Shown in pieces: positions 1 to 9,666 of a stretch of DNA of 56,307 nucleotides; positions within the stretch are counted from its first letter, which is position 1, and the number at the start of each line of letters is the position of its first letter. The translations under genes were made by a program, and so were the position numbers. The notes under the pieces are model-generated. The model saw only the letters and a program-made list of their open reading frames with translations. It did no database searches and was not told the DNA's origin. The stretch lies in contig CAZGUG010000003.1 of assembly GCA_964529035.1 (NCBI GenBank), positions 1 through 56,307 on the forward strand. Direction: 5' to 3'. The stretch comes from an uncultured Clostridium sp. Lineage in GTDB: Bacteria > Bacillota > Clostridia > Ch29.

Positions 1-580
1 CCGGTTCCCCCACAAAAACTTCGTATGTATCGGGAAACAAATACCCCTCCAGCCTGTTTTCCCTTACGGGTATGCTGTCAATAAAGCTTTGCCCGAAAAT
101 TCCTTCTTCCACTTCCTTCATGAACTCTTCCCTGTCCACAATACCCTTATCGTGCAGCAAATCAGCTATCTGTCTTAACTCGTAACCTTCGGGTATTGTG
201 AACCTTACCGTTTCTTTAAAGACACTGCCCATTGTGATTTCTTCCATAATATCCTGCAGGCCTGCACCCACCGTCAGCGCATATACCCCCGCCTTGTATT
301 TCCCGCCATAGCCCCTTATCCTGGTTGCAATCCTGAAGGCCAGGTCACTGCGGATTATGCCGCTTTGTTTAAGTATTTCTCCTATTTGCGGAGTTGTACT
401 CCCCATAGGAATCTCTACAAGTACCGTTTCCTCCGACCCCGTTTCAATCGCCGCAGGGCTGAACAGATGTATAAACTGTATAGCTGCAAATCCCAGTACC
501 AGTCCCGCAACCATTAGATATGCCACAGCCCTTTTCCTTCTTTTAACCCCTGACTGTGCTGCAGCAGCAGAATTCTTCAT
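1..580 (-). CDS. mltG: Endolytic transglycosylase MltG (YceG family), N-terminal part, runs off the window edge
   Basis: Hand translation from ATG at 580 (RBS GGGTGAGG): basic N-terminus, one TM segment, then FTIPEGY and LEGYLFPDTY motifs typical of MltG. Not in the ORF track. Confidence 0.92.
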   Translation of the reverse strand, partial: MKNSAAAAQSGVKRRKRAVAYLMVAGLVLGFAAIQFIHLFSPAAIETGSEETVLVEIPMGSTTPQIGEILKQSGIIRSDLAFRIATRIRGYGGKYKAGVYALTVGAGLQDIMEEITMGSVFKETVRFTIPEGYELRQIADLLHDKGIVDREEFMKEVEEGIFGQSFIDSIPVRENRLEGYLFPDTYEVFVGEP

Positions 581-628
581 GTCCTCACCCCTTCGTCTGC
601 TCCGAAGTCCTATGTATTGGTATTATAT

Positions 629-657
629 ATTATATCTTGTCCTCCAAAGATTTACAA
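629..657 (-). promoter_or_regulatory. sigmaA-type promoter for mltG
   Basis: TTGTAA-17 nt-TATAAT on the minus strand upstream of the mltG start. Confidence 0.6.
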
Positions 658-674
658 CAGTAAAGCGGATAAGT

Positions 675-699
675 AAAAGAGCCCGTATTACTCGGGCTC
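675..699 (-). terminator. Intrinsic terminator at the end of ylbF
   Basis: GAGCCCG/CGGGCTC 7-bp stem followed by TTTT on the minus strand; the ylbF stop lies in the loop. Confidence 0.65.
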
Positions 700-1026
700 C
701 TCTGTTTTTAATGCATCTCCTATTATTTTGTATATATCGCTTAATAGCTGTCCCAGCCGCTGTTCAGACTGCATAAGGGTTTTGGCCTCCTGGTCCATGG
801 ACACCAGGTTATACAGACTGTGCAGCTTTTCCATCTGCTCTTCACTTACATCCTGTCCAAAGGTCTTTAACGACTGCATTTCCAGCTGCTTCTTCCTGAA
901 TTCGTCAACCATGGTTTTTTTCGATTCGTCCTTGTCCACAGCCTCTTTTGCCTTGGCGTATTCTTTGTATTCGTTGCTTTCCCTAAGGGCCCTGGCCAGG
1001 TTGTGCGCAATATCATACGGATTCAT
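688..1026 (-). CDS. YlbF/YmcA-family regulator
   Basis: 112 aa helical protein starting MNPYDIAHNLARAL, with EQRLGQLLSDI; typical YlbF-family pattern. Confidence 0.85.
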   Translation of the reverse strand: MNPYDIAHNLARALRESNEYKEYAKAKEAVDKDESKKTMVDEFRKKQLEMQSLKTFGQDVSEEQMEKLHSLYNLVSMDQEAKTLMQSEQRLGQLLSDIYKIIGDALKTEEPE

Positions 1027-1037
1027 GTTTCACCCCC

Positions 1038-1640
1038 TTAAAATGGCAGTTTTATTAGCAGGGTTACAAGAACGGGAACTATCGAAGTAAGCAGTACACC
1101 GCTCAGAAAGGCAATTATTGCCGTTTCAGGACCCGTTGACCTTGCAATAACCGGCAGCGTTGTATCCATACAGGTGGACCCTCCTGGCGTTATTGCCTCT
1201 ATATGTCCGATCCTGGCTGCCACAAAGGGGATTAATACAAAAGCAGCGAGTTCCCTGACAACGTTTGTAACAAAAGCCACAGTCCCAAGCCTTACGCTGT
1301 GAAGTTCTGTCAGCAGCACACCCGACAGGCTGTACCAACCCAGTCCGGCTCCCACGGCTCCGGCTTCACCGACACTGTATCCAAGCAGCTTTCCCGCGAT
1401 AACCGTAGCTGTTATGCTTCCGACTGCCATTCCTGCAGGGACAAGGAAAATTCGCCAGCCATACTGCCTTAGTTTTACAAAGCTCTCCCTGCTTCCGCCA
1501 ATATCAAGCCCTACCCAAAACAATAAAAAACACACACCGGCTTCAATAACCGTTCCGGAATACCGGGCAAGGGATTCGGGTAGGACGAAATAGCCGGCCG
1601 CTGTTCCCGTCACCACCGCCAGCAGAATTATCCAGCTCAT
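1038..1640 (-). CDS. LysO/DUF340-family exporter (C-terminal-type subunit)
   Basis: 200 aa, hydrophobic, with GLGWYSLSG, NVVREL and GGSTCMDTTLP motifs of DUF340. Confidence 0.85.
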   Translation of the reverse strand: MSWIILLAVVTGTAAGYFVLPESLARYSGTVIEAGVCFLLFWVGLDIGGSRESFVKLRQYGWRIFLVPAGMAVGSITATVIAGKLLGYSVGEAGAVGAGLGWYSLSGVLLTELHSVRLGTVAFVTNVVRELAAFVLIPFVAARIGHIEAITPGGSTCMDTTLPVIARSTGPETAIIAFLSGVLLTSIVPVLVTLLIKLPF

Positions 1641-1921
1641 CGGGTGTCCTCCCCTTTATGCTGAATAACCGGTTTTAGCATTCTGACCAGAACGAGGCTC
1701 CCTGTTATGGCGGCTGCCGCAAACACCACCGAGTGCAAACCAATTGACAGAAAGCCTTTGATTATTTCATCGTTTGAACCGATTGATACGCCCATTGCAA
1801 ACAGTATAAGCAGCAGTGACCAGAACTGGAACCCGGCGCTTTTTTCTGCTGCTTTGGCCGGTATTCTCCCGGATACCCCCAATACTATTCCCAATACAAG
1901 AAACATCATACAAAGCCACAT
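1637..1921 (-). CDS. Small membrane protein, LysO N-terminal-like partner
   Basis: 94 aa, 3 predicted TM helices, LLILFAMGVSIG motif; ATGA overlap with the DUF340 gene. Confidence 0.7.
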   Translation of the reverse strand: MWLCMMFLVLGIVLGVSGRIPAKAAEKSAGFQFWSLLLILFAMGVSIGSNDEIIKGFLSIGLHSVVFAAAAITGSLVLVRMLKPVIQHKGEDTR

Positions 1922-1964
1922 AACCGTCCTCCCTAATTTATATTCAATCAGCCGGTATTTTTTG

Positions 1965-3638
1965 CTATATCTCCATTATTATAGGCAGTATCATGGGCTT
2001 TCGTTTGGTCTTCTCATACAAAAAGCTTCTGAGGCTGTCCCTTATACCCGATTTCAGGGTGGCCCATTCGGTAATATGCTTCTGTTCACAGCGGGCCAGT
2101 GCATCTTTGACCACTTCGCGGGCCTGTTCCATCAAATCTTCTGATTCCCTGACATACACGAATCCTCTTGATATAATGTCCGGACCTCCTATTATTCCAC
2201 CCTTTTCCTTGGATATGGTGACCACCACCACCATAAGACCGTCCTGTGCCAGGTGCTGCCTGTCCCTGAGCACCACGTTTCCCACGTCTCCAACTCCCAG
2301 CCCGTCTACCAGTACCTTTCCGGCGGTCACTTTGCCGTTTATTTTTGCAGACTCGCGGGTCAATTCGATGACATTGCCAATCTCAGCCAGTATTATCCGG
2401 CTGCTGTCCATGCCCAATGATTTTGCAAGACGTGCATGGCGTTCCAGGTGCCTGTACTCTCCATGGACCGGGACAAAAAACTTCGGCCTTACCAGGGAAT
2501 GTATCAGCTTAAGCTCTTCCTGGCACGCATGACCGGACACATGGATATCGGCCAGGTCTTCATATATCACGTTTGCTCCTTTGGCAAACAGCCTGTTTAT
2601 TACCCTGCCGATAAGCTTTTCATTCCCCGGTATAGCGCTGGCGGAAATTATCACCATATCACCGGGCAGTATTTCAACGTTCCTGTGGTCCGCATTCGCC
2701 ATTCTGGTGAGGGCTGACATCGGCTCGCCCTGGCTGCCGGTGGTAAGTATGGTGAGCTCATGGTCCCTGTACCTGCCAATCTCGTCTATGTCAACAAGCA
2801 GACCGTCGGGTATATCCAGGTAACCAAGTTCAAATGCAACTCCCACCACATTAACCATGCTTCTGCCGCACACAGCCAGTTTCCTGCCCACCTTGTGGGT
2901 GGAGTTAATAATCTGCTGTATCCTGTGCACATTGGAAGCGAAGGTAGCCACTATAATCCTGTTTGTGGTACCGGCAAAAATATCGTCAAAGGTCTGTCCT
3001 ACCGTGCTTTCTGACATGGTATATCCCGGCCGCTCGACATTGGTACTGTCCGCCATCATCAGCAGGACTCCCTTTTTACCCAGTTCCGCAAACTTGTGAA
3101 GGTTCATCATTTCACCGTCTATTGGTGTGAAATCCACCTTGAAATCGCTTGTGTGAACAATAATCCCTATATCGGTGGTTATCGCCAGTGCCACCGAATC
3201 CGCTATACTGTGACTGGTTCGTATGAACTCCAGGCTCATGCTTCCAAGCTCTACCCTGTCCCCGGCGCTTATGGTTATCATCCGGCAGTTTTCAACCATA
3301 TTGAATTCTGCCAGCTTGTTTTTCACCAGCCCGAGGGTAAGCCTGGTGCCGTATACCGGCACGTTAATCTGTTCAAGTACATAGGGCAGAGCCCCTATAT
3401 GGTCCTCATGTCCGTGTGTCAGCACTATTCCCCTTATTTTATCCTTATTCTTAACCAGGTATGAAATATCGGGTATCACAATGTCTATTCCCAGCATTTC
3501 CTCCTCGGGAAAGGTTAATCCGCAATCCACCACTATTATGTCGCCACCCTGTTCTATTACCGTCATGTTTTTGCCGATTTCGTTCAGTCCTCCCAGGGGA
3601 ATAATCCGAACCTTTCCGCCATTTCTGTCATCTGCCAT
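1965..3638 (-). CDS. rnj: Ribonuclease J
   Basis: IIPLGGLNEIGKN, THGHEDHIG and HVSGHA MBL/beta-CASP motifs; 557 aa. Confidence 0.97.
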   Translation of the reverse strand: MADDRNGGKVRIIPLGGLNEIGKNMTVIEQGGDIIVVDCGLTFPEEEMLGIDIVIPDISYLVKNKDKIRGIVLTHGHEDHIGALPYVLEQINVPVYGTRLTLGLVKNKLAEFNMVENCRMITISAGDRVELGSMSLEFIRTSHSIADSVALAITTDIGIIVHTSDFKVDFTPIDGEMMNLHKFAELGKKGVLLMMADSTNVERPGYTMSESTVGQTFDDIFAGTTNRIIVATFASNVHRIQQIINSTHKVGRKLAVCGRSMVNVVGVAFELGYLDIPDGLLVDIDEIGRYRDHELTILTTGSQGEPMSALTRMANADHRNVEILPGDMVIISASAIPGNEKLIGRVINRLFAKGANVIYEDLADIHVSGHACQEELKLIHSLVRPKFFVPVHGEYRHLERHARLAKSLGMDSSRIILAEIGNVIELTRESAKINGKVTAGKVLVDGLGVGDVGNVVLRDRQHLAQDGLMVVVVTISKEKGGIIGGPDIISRGFVYVRESEDLMEQAREVVKDALARCEQKHITEWATLKSGIRDSLRSFLYEKTKRKPMILPIIMEI

Positions 3639-3747
3639 TTCTTCACTCTCCTCTTAATTGCCCCTATGTTATTTGTGTATCCGTTAAACAAAAATACCGG
3701 CTAATACCATTTCGGTTTCCGTTCCTTAACCGATATATTATACCCAA

Positions 3748-3770
3748 TAAAAAACACCCGGACAGGTGTC
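3748..3770 (-). terminator. Intrinsic terminator after fur
   Basis: ACACC/GGTGT stem followed by a T run on the minus strand, directly after the fur stop. Confidence 0.55.
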
Positions 3771-4235
3771 TTATTTGGCTTTGCAACTGCTGCACAAGCC
3801 GAAAAACTTCACCCTGTGATCTATAACCTTAAAGAGGTTTTTTTCCTCTATTTTTTCTTCCAAATGTTCAAGCAAATCATCTTCCACTTCCTGCACCCGT
3901 CCGCAGGATATGCATATCAGGTGATGATGCTGGTGGTCCTTGTCTTGTTGGGACAGTTCGTATCTGCTGCAGCCGTCATCAAAATTCAGTTTGTTGACCG
4001 CCCCAAGCTCCTCCAGAAGCTGCAGGGTCCTGTATACTGTTGCAAGGCCGATTTCTGGACATTTCTTTTTGGCAAGGGTATATATATCCTCTGTACACAT
4101 GTGTTTTCCCTTGTTCTCCAACAGCATATCAACCACAACTTTTCTCTGCAGCGTAAATTTGTATCCCTTTTCTTTAAACTTGTTTAGTATTGCATTCCGG
4201 CCGGTCACCTTATTCCTTACACTCCTAACCACCAT
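3771..4235 (-). CDS. Fur-family transcriptional regulator
   Basis: IGLATVYRTL, HHHHLICISCG and C-terminal CSSC motifs; exact start uncertain. Confidence 0.93.
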   Translation of the reverse strand: MVVRSVRNKVTGRNAILNKFKEKGYKFTLQRKVVVDMLLENKGKHMCTEDIYTLAKKKCPEIGLATVYRTLQLLEELGAVNKLNFDDGCSRYELSQQDKDHQHHHLICISCGRVQEVEDDLLEHLEEKIEEKNLFKVIDHRVKFFGLCSSCKAK

Positions 4236-4289
4236 ATCTTATATTCTTTCAATTCTTTCCTTTTTTAAACCTATTAAGCATAATATGCC

Positions 4290-5678
4290 TTACCTGTCTT
4301 TCAGTTTACCGGCTACCGAACTTTTTACCCCGGACAATACCATGCGAAATGCGTTCCTGTTTGCCTCCATAATCCTGCCGAGGCTTTCAACCATATAGTC
4401 TATCTGTTCCCTGCTTACTATAAGCGGCGGCTCCAGCCTTATTACGTTGGGGTTGTTCAGCGTATAGGCGGTTATTATCCTGTATTTGTTTAAAAGCTCT
4501 CCTGCCACTACGGCACCTATATACTCTTTACCCAGCCTGGAAACAGTTCCACCCGAAAGCTTATTTATTAAGCTTCCTTCTCCGCTGTGAAACTCTACAC
4601 CAATCATCAGGCCCCTTCCCCTTATATCCTTTATAAGCGGGTATCTTTCCTTCATGTCCCGCATTTTTTCGAGGGCATACTCTCCCATTTCCCCTGCTTT
4701 CTTATCCAGCCGGTTGTCTACAATATATCCAAGGGCCGCTATGCCCGCAGCCATTGCCCTCGAATTGCCGCCGAAGGTGGATGTATGCAGAAGACACCTT
4801 TCCATGCTGCCGTAGGCTTTTTTGTATACCTTACCGGTGGCTATGCAGGCTCCCAGGGGAATTATTCCTCCCCCAAGAGACTTTGCAAGGCACATAATGT
4901 CCGGTACCACATTCTCATGCTGGCAGTCGAAGTATTTGCCGGTTCTGCCAAGCCCGGTCTGTATTTCATCGACTATAAGCAGCGCATTGTACCGGTCGCA
5001 TAATTCCCTGACACCCCTTAGATATCCGGCATCCGGTACAATTATACCGCCTTCTCCCTGTATTGGTTCCAATATTACCGCCGCAGTGTCTTTTTCTAAC
5101 AGTTGTTCCTCCAGAGCTGGCAGGTTATTGTACTCCACCGGCTGACAGTCGGGCAAAATAGGTCCAAAGGGTGTTTTGTACTTGTCCCTTCCTGTAACCG
5201 ACAGAGAACCGAAGGATTTCCCGTGGAAAGAATTGCTGCAGTACAGTATCCTGCTTTTTTTGCTGCACAACCTAGCCATTTTTAAAGCAGCTTCCACCGC
5301 TTCGGTACCGCTGTTGCAGAAAAAAGAATACTTTAAATCCCCGGGCGTAACGCGGGCAAGGTTTTCAGCCAGGGCAGCGGCGAAGGGATTAAGCGAAGCC
5401 TGCAGTATATTGGGTGCATCCTTTACCCTCTGCACGGCTTCATTAACAACCGCCGGGTTATGCCCCAGGTTTAAGGCTCCATAACCACCTAAAAAATCCA
5501 GGTATTCATCTCCCTGCCGGTCCCACACCTTCACACCTTCCGCCTTTACAAACCTCTTGTCAAAATCAAGCAGGGCCAACATGCTGGTCATCCCGGGATT
5601 TATGTGCTCCCTGTAACCTTCCCTTACCTTCCTTCTGTCGTATTCATATACTTCTTCCAGTGATACCAATCGCTCCAT
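4290..5678 (-). CDS. Class III PLP aminotransferase (putrescine/ornithine aminotransferase-like)
   Basis: FCNSGTEAVEAA, EPIQGEGG, DEIQTGLGRTG and LAKSLGGG (PLP lysine) motifs. Confidence 0.9.
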   Translation of the reverse strand: MERLVSLEEVYEYDRRKVREGYREHINPGMTSMLALLDFDKRFVKAEGVKVWDRQGDEYLDFLGGYGALNLGHNPAVVNEAVQRVKDAPNILQASLNPFAAALAENLARVTPGDLKYSFFCNSGTEAVEAALKMARLCSKKSRILYCSNSFHGKSFGSLSVTGRDKYKTPFGPILPDCQPVEYNNLPALEEQLLEKDTAAVILEPIQGEGGIIVPDAGYLRGVRELCDRYNALLIVDEIQTGLGRTGKYFDCQHENVVPDIMCLAKSLGGGIIPLGACIATGKVYKKAYGSMERCLLHTSTFGGNSRAMAAGIAALGYIVDNRLDKKAGEMGEYALEKMRDMKERYPLIKDIRGRGLMIGVEFHSGEGSLINKLSGGTVSRLGKEYIGAVVAGELLNKYRIITAYTLNNPNVIRLEPPLIVSREQIDYMVESLGRIMEANRNAFRMVLSGVKSSVAGKLKDR

Positions 5679-5722
5679 GGTTTTCCTCCAACCGGTTAAT
5701 GTCTCGTATGGGTTACCATATT

Positions 5723-5998
5723 CTAATTATGTTGATTGTTTTCCTGTCTTACCAGTTCTTCGTAAGCTTCCACCACCGTGTTCAGCTCATGTTGGTTGTC
5801 AATCCCTATCAATATATCCCGGCCGTTCTCATCCTGTTCTATCCTCAATACATAGGCCTCTTCGTCCTCGTCGTTATCGTCCGCCGGCATAAGAATCGCG
5901 TATCTTCCCTCATCCACGTCCAAAACCGCCAGCACTTCAAAACGGCACTCGTTATCCTCTTCGTCATACAGTACGATTAATTCCCTGTCTTCTTCCAA
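5723..5998 (-). CDS. DUF1292 domain protein
   Basis: Acidic ~91 aa protein in the usual position after ruvX; TTG start at 5998 preferred because GGAGGTG lies just upstream. Confidence 0.85.
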   Translation of the reverse strand: MEEDRELIVLYDEEDNECRFEVLAVLDVDEGRYAILMPADDNDEDEEAYVLRIEQDENGRDILIGIDNQHELNTVVEAYEELVRQENNQHN

Positions 5999-6025
5999 AA
6001 CCAGCACCTCCAGTATCACAGGTAA

Positions 6026-6054
6026 ATTTTATTATAATATGATTATGCTGTCAA
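6026..6054 (-). promoter_or_regulatory. sigmaA-type promoter for DUF1292 and downstream genes
   Basis: TTGACA-17 nt-TAAAAT overlapping the ruvX stop. Confidence 0.65.
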
Positions 6055-6470
6055 CGCGTGTTGTTCCTGTTATCAAGATATCCCTGCAGAATAAATGCAG
6101 CCGCAACCTTGTCAATCACCTTTTTCCTTTTGTTCCTGCTGACATTGCCTTCAATGAGCATCCTCTCCACTGCAACCGTGGACAGTCTTTCGTCCCACAG
6201 CAGGACCTCCAGCCCCGTGACCTCTTCCAAAAGCCCGGCGAATTCTATCGCCTTTTCCCCCTGGGGGCCTATTGTGGAATTCATATTCTTTGGCAGCCCC
6301 ACCACTATTTTTAAAATGTTCCATTCCCGGATGAGTTCCTTAATCTTCTCAACATCCGTATCAATATCCGTTCGTCTTATAGTGGTCAGTCCCTGTGCCG
6401 TCCAGCCCAGTGTATCGCTCACCGCAACTCCTATGGTTCTGTCCCCTAAATCCAGTCCCAAAACCCTCAA
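6051..6470 (-). CDS. ruvX: YqgF/RuvX family nuclease (pre-16S rRNA processing / putative resolvase)
   Basis: RVLGLDLGDRTIGVAVSD, VVGLPKNM, WDERLST and IDKVAAAFILQGYLD motifs; the family N-terminus begins at TTG 6470, so the longer track ORF is an over-extension. Confidence 0.93.
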   Translation of the reverse strand: MRVLGLDLGDRTIGVAVSDTLGWTAQGLTTIRRTDIDTDVEKIKELIREWNILKIVVGLPKNMNSTIGPQGEKAIEFAGLLEEVTGLEVLLWDERLSTVAVERMLIEGNVSRNKRKKVIDKVAAAFILQGYLDNRNNTR

Positions 6471-6493
6471 CTCACACACCACCCTATCCAGCT

Positions 6494-7444
6494 TTATATT
6501 ACCTTTATATAAAAGTTTCTGCATCTTGCCGCACAATAACCGCACAGTGTACACATATCCTGCCTTACCGCCGCTTTCCCGTCCCTGATATGCAGCGCCC
6601 CCTGGCTGCATGCCTTTATGCAGCTGCCGCATCCCTCGCACCAGGGTTCTATAATAAGGCGTCTTTTTCGGCCTGCCAGCATATCAGCAGTTTTTTTGTC
6701 AACCGGTCGGTTTTCGAAAAATGCCAGGTTGGCCTCCAACTCTTCAATGCACTGCATACCCACAGCTATGGAATCTATATGGGGTATTTTTAACACAAAA
6801 TCCAAACATCGGCGGAAATCCCGGTTAATATTGCCGCCTCCCAGCGGTTTCATCGCATATATTCCCCTACCGCAGTCACCGGCCCTTTCCACCGCCAACA
6901 GCATTTCTTCAGCCCCGCCGTCGGCTATACCCAGCCCCCTTATGTTTACTATAGGATGAATTACTTCAATTTCATCCAATTTTACCGCTGCTTTTACGCA
7001 TTCAATATGGTGGGTGGACACCCCGAAAGCTGATATATAGCCCTTGTCTCTGGCATTTATTAAGTATTCCACTGCTTCACTATGGCCCTTCAGCGTCAGC
7101 TCGCTCTCCTGCTCATGCAGGAGAAATATATCAATATGGTCTGTTTTTATTTCGTTCATGGCCTTTTTAAGGCTTTTTTCCGCCATTTCCCGGGTATATG
7201 CATAGGTTTTGGTGGCTATTACAAGTTTGTCCCTGGGCTTTCCACGCATGGCTTCCCTTATATGTCCGTAATTGTCATATAGTTCGGCGGTATCCAAAAA
7301 GTTGACCCCCCGATCCATAGCCTCTTGTATCAACCTTGCGCCATCTGCAGCCGGAAGGTTTGCCTGCAGCGGACTTATGGTAAGACTGCCAAAACACAGC
7401 CTGGATACCTTTATCCCGGTTTTTCCCAGTCTTCTGTATTCCAT
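6494..7444 (-). CDS. Aldo/keto reductase with C-terminal 2x[4Fe-4S] ferredoxin domain
   Basis: RLGKTGIKVSRLCFG, FLDTAELY and KPLGGG motifs; two CxxCxxCxxxC motifs (CEGCGSCIKAC, CTLCGYCAARC). Confidence 0.88.
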   Translation of the reverse strand: MEYRRLGKTGIKVSRLCFGSLTISPLQANLPAADGARLIQEAMDRGVNFLDTAELYDNYGHIREAMRGKPRDKLVIATKTYAYTREMAEKSLKKAMNEIKTDHIDIFLLHEQESELTLKGHSEAVEYLINARDKGYISAFGVSTHHIECVKAAVKLDEIEVIHPIVNIRGLGIADGGAEEMLLAVERAGDCGRGIYAMKPLGGGNINRDFRRCLDFVLKIPHIDSIAVGMQCIEELEANLAFFENRPVDKKTADMLAGRKRRLIIEPWCEGCGSCIKACSQGALHIRDGKAAVRQDMCTLCGYCAARCRNFYIKVI

Positions 7445-7460
7445 TCTCTTTTTACGGCAT

Positions 7461-9647
7461 TTAAGCCGTCTCCCTTTCTATTTTTCTTTCCTGCAGAAGT
7501 ATATATAGCATGCTTGTAATAAAAAATATGCTGCCGGTGGCGGAGGTCACCACACCGGAATCGTTGACCGCCATCCCTGAAGCCGCAGCCACCACCAGGG
7601 CCGACCAACCCTTGGTAAAATACGGGCGTTTTGCAAATACCCTTTTGAAGATACCCACCGGTCTGTAAAACAGTATCCCTGTCACCGCTATAACCGTAAT
7701 AAGCACTTTGGTCCAAAAAGTATATCTCAGCAGTTTAAGATTCATCAGGACCTTCCTCTGTACAATCCCAAGTATATGCAAAGGACCGGTTCTGACCGTC
7801 CCCTGAGCCGCTGCCGCCAGGTGAGACTGGTCTTCGAGAAATATCATATCCGCCAGCAAAAAAGCCGTTAATACAGCTGCCATTATTATTCCAATGGCCG
7901 CAGCATGCCTTATTCCAACCGGTACTTCCCTAATGCGCAGGGTAAAAAACCCGAAGGCCAAAAGGCAGGTAACGGCTCCTCCCATGTTGGCACCAAGGCC
8001 CGGATATCCTATCACAATAACTACAATGCAGAGCAAGGCTGTAATCAGCTTCAAACCGGCTCTGCCCTGCTCAAGAAGCGAACAGGAGGCAACTATCGCA
8101 CTGCCGGCGGCAACGCCCATATATTCGTTCCCAATACCGTAGTACCGGGCTCCTATTATCGGGTCGTAACCGAGAACCGAGTTTTTGATCATACCGCCGC
8201 CGGTTACAATATCCAGAATAATTGCAGCAGTTGTTATGCCGGATGTAAACAGCAGCATTTTGTTCGCATCCTTAATATACAATAATGCGGCATACCCGGC
8301 GGCTGCAACCGTAAGAACCGCCGCTGCGGACAAACCGGTAATTGTCTTAAGGCCGGCCAACGGCAGCAGAAGCAGAACAGCCGGAAAAAGCATTATGGAA
8401 ACAAGCGCAAACTCTTCCACCGGAACAAGCCTGCCCTCCCAAAACCCGGGATACAGTATTGTAAAAAGTCCAAGCAGTACCACAAATATTACAAACAATG
8501 CATAATTGTACAGTATGGGATATCTGAAATTGGATGTGTTAACGGTGTTTTCGTTTATTTTTTTTACCTCTTCCAGGTTGCCGGTCATCGGTACCACCCT
8601 TAAGGGCCGTCCGACAAGTTCATCCGTGGAGATACCGAAAAACTCCAGCACCGTAGGTGCTATATCTATACCGCCAACTATTCCGTCCCTGCGGGTTGTG
8701 CCGGAGGTAAGCAGCCCGGCCGGAAAATCGTCGCCGTACACAACCAGCGGTGTCAGCCTGGCTCCCCGTGATATACCGGCTTCCGAAGGATACGGAGTAA
8801 CAAGCATTACCAGCCAGTTTTTCGAATCCGCTCTTTCTTTAAGATGGCAAAGAAACTCACCTATCCTCCTCAGGGCATCGTATCTATGGGCCTGGTACAT
8901 TTGGTCGTTATACATGTCCCTGCTTTCTTCTATTCTTGTTAAATCACCGGTTTCAATAACAATAAAATCCGAACTCTTCAGCAGTTCTTCAAACAAAATT
9001 GTCATTTTGGAATAATCGGTGCGCCGACCGGTGGGAAAACCCCCATCTTCCATAAGTATTCCTTCGTCAACCACACCGTCATCCGCTATTCCGTCCCTGT
9101 CCATCGCAATTGATGCTGCCCATCTTATTTGGTTGTCCCCGCAGTCGGCATTTCCAAGCACTGCCGTCCTTAGGCCCTCACTTCTTAAAAAATGTCCCAA
9201 ACTGCCAACTACAGCACCGTATTCGCCCCTTTTATTCTGGCTTATCAGCCTGTTTATGTTCGGGTTTACCAGCATACCTTCGCTTACTGTCCGGCCTGTC
9301 CGGCTATAAAACAGCTTTTTTGCCTCCCGGTCAGCTTTCAGTGCCGCGGCCGCAGATGCCGTACCCTCGGCCCTTGCTCCGCTGCCAATATTGATGTAAC
9401 CCTTGCAGGCACTGTAGGTTCCCGAGGGTCTGTTGTTCATGATAGCAATAGACCCGCCGTCTATAATCTGCCTGAACCCGTGAAGGTCTTCCACATCCTC
9501 AAAGGATATTCTGTCAACTATCACAAGCACAGCCTTTTTATCGTTATCGTCGCAGCTTTTTGCCTGTGCCGCTTCGCAAAACAAAGCAAAAAAAATTAAA
9601 ATACAGGATGCTGCTATGCCCCCGATTGGTTTCACAAAGGATAACAC
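7461..9647 (-). CDS. Uncharacterised membrane protein: alkaline-phosphatase-like extracellular domain plus multi-TM C-terminus
   Basis: 728 aa; N-terminal signal/TM, VIVDRIS and GGIDIAPTVL segments reminiscent of the AlkP fold, then about 10 hydrophobic segments including GARYYGIGNEYMG. Confidence 0.6.
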   Translation of the reverse strand: MLSFVKPIGGIAASCILIFFALFCEAAQAKSCDDNDKKAVLVIVDRISFEDVEDLHGFRQIIDGGSIAIMNNRPSGTYSACKGYINIGSGARAEGTASAAAALKADREAKKLFYSRTGRTVSEGMLVNPNINRLISQNKRGEYGAVVGSLGHFLRSEGLRTAVLGNADCGDNQIRWAASIAMDRDGIADDGVVDEGILMEDGGFPTGRRTDYSKMTILFEELLKSSDFIVIETGDLTRIEESRDMYNDQMYQAHRYDALRRIGEFLCHLKERADSKNWLVMLVTPYPSEAGISRGARLTPLVVYGDDFPAGLLTSGTTRRDGIVGGIDIAPTVLEFFGISTDELVGRPLRVVPMTGNLEEVKKINENTVNTSNFRYPILYNYALFVIFVVLLGLFTILYPGFWEGRLVPVEEFALVSIMLFPAVLLLLPLAGLKTITGLSAAAVLTVAAAGYAALLYIKDANKMLLFTSGITTAAIILDIVTGGGMIKNSVLGYDPIIGARYYGIGNEYMGVAAGSAIVASCSLLEQGRAGLKLITALLCIVVIVIGYPGLGANMGGAVTCLLAFGFFTLRIREVPVGIRHAAAIGIIMAAVLTAFLLADMIFLEDQSHLAAAAQGTVRTGPLHILGIVQRKVLMNLKLLRYTFWTKVLITVIAVTGILFYRPVGIFKRVFAKRPYFTKGWSALVVAAASGMAVNDSGVVTSATGSIFFITSMLYILLQERKIERETA

Positions 9648-9666
9648 CCGCCTTGTACTTCTTCGC

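Noticed and set aside
6028-6050. Fur/PerR box candidates (here and at about 46148-46165)
   Set aside because: AT-rich dyads with the wrong spacing for the 7-1-7 consensus; they overlap -10 elements and are expected by chance.
6471-6641. N-terminal extensions in the ORF track (ruvX; also Rrf2 18128-18205, hisS 38201-38251, queA, ireB, DUF3343)
   Set aside because: Family N-termini and RBS positions point to downstream starts; the extensions run through promoters, leaders or upstream genes.
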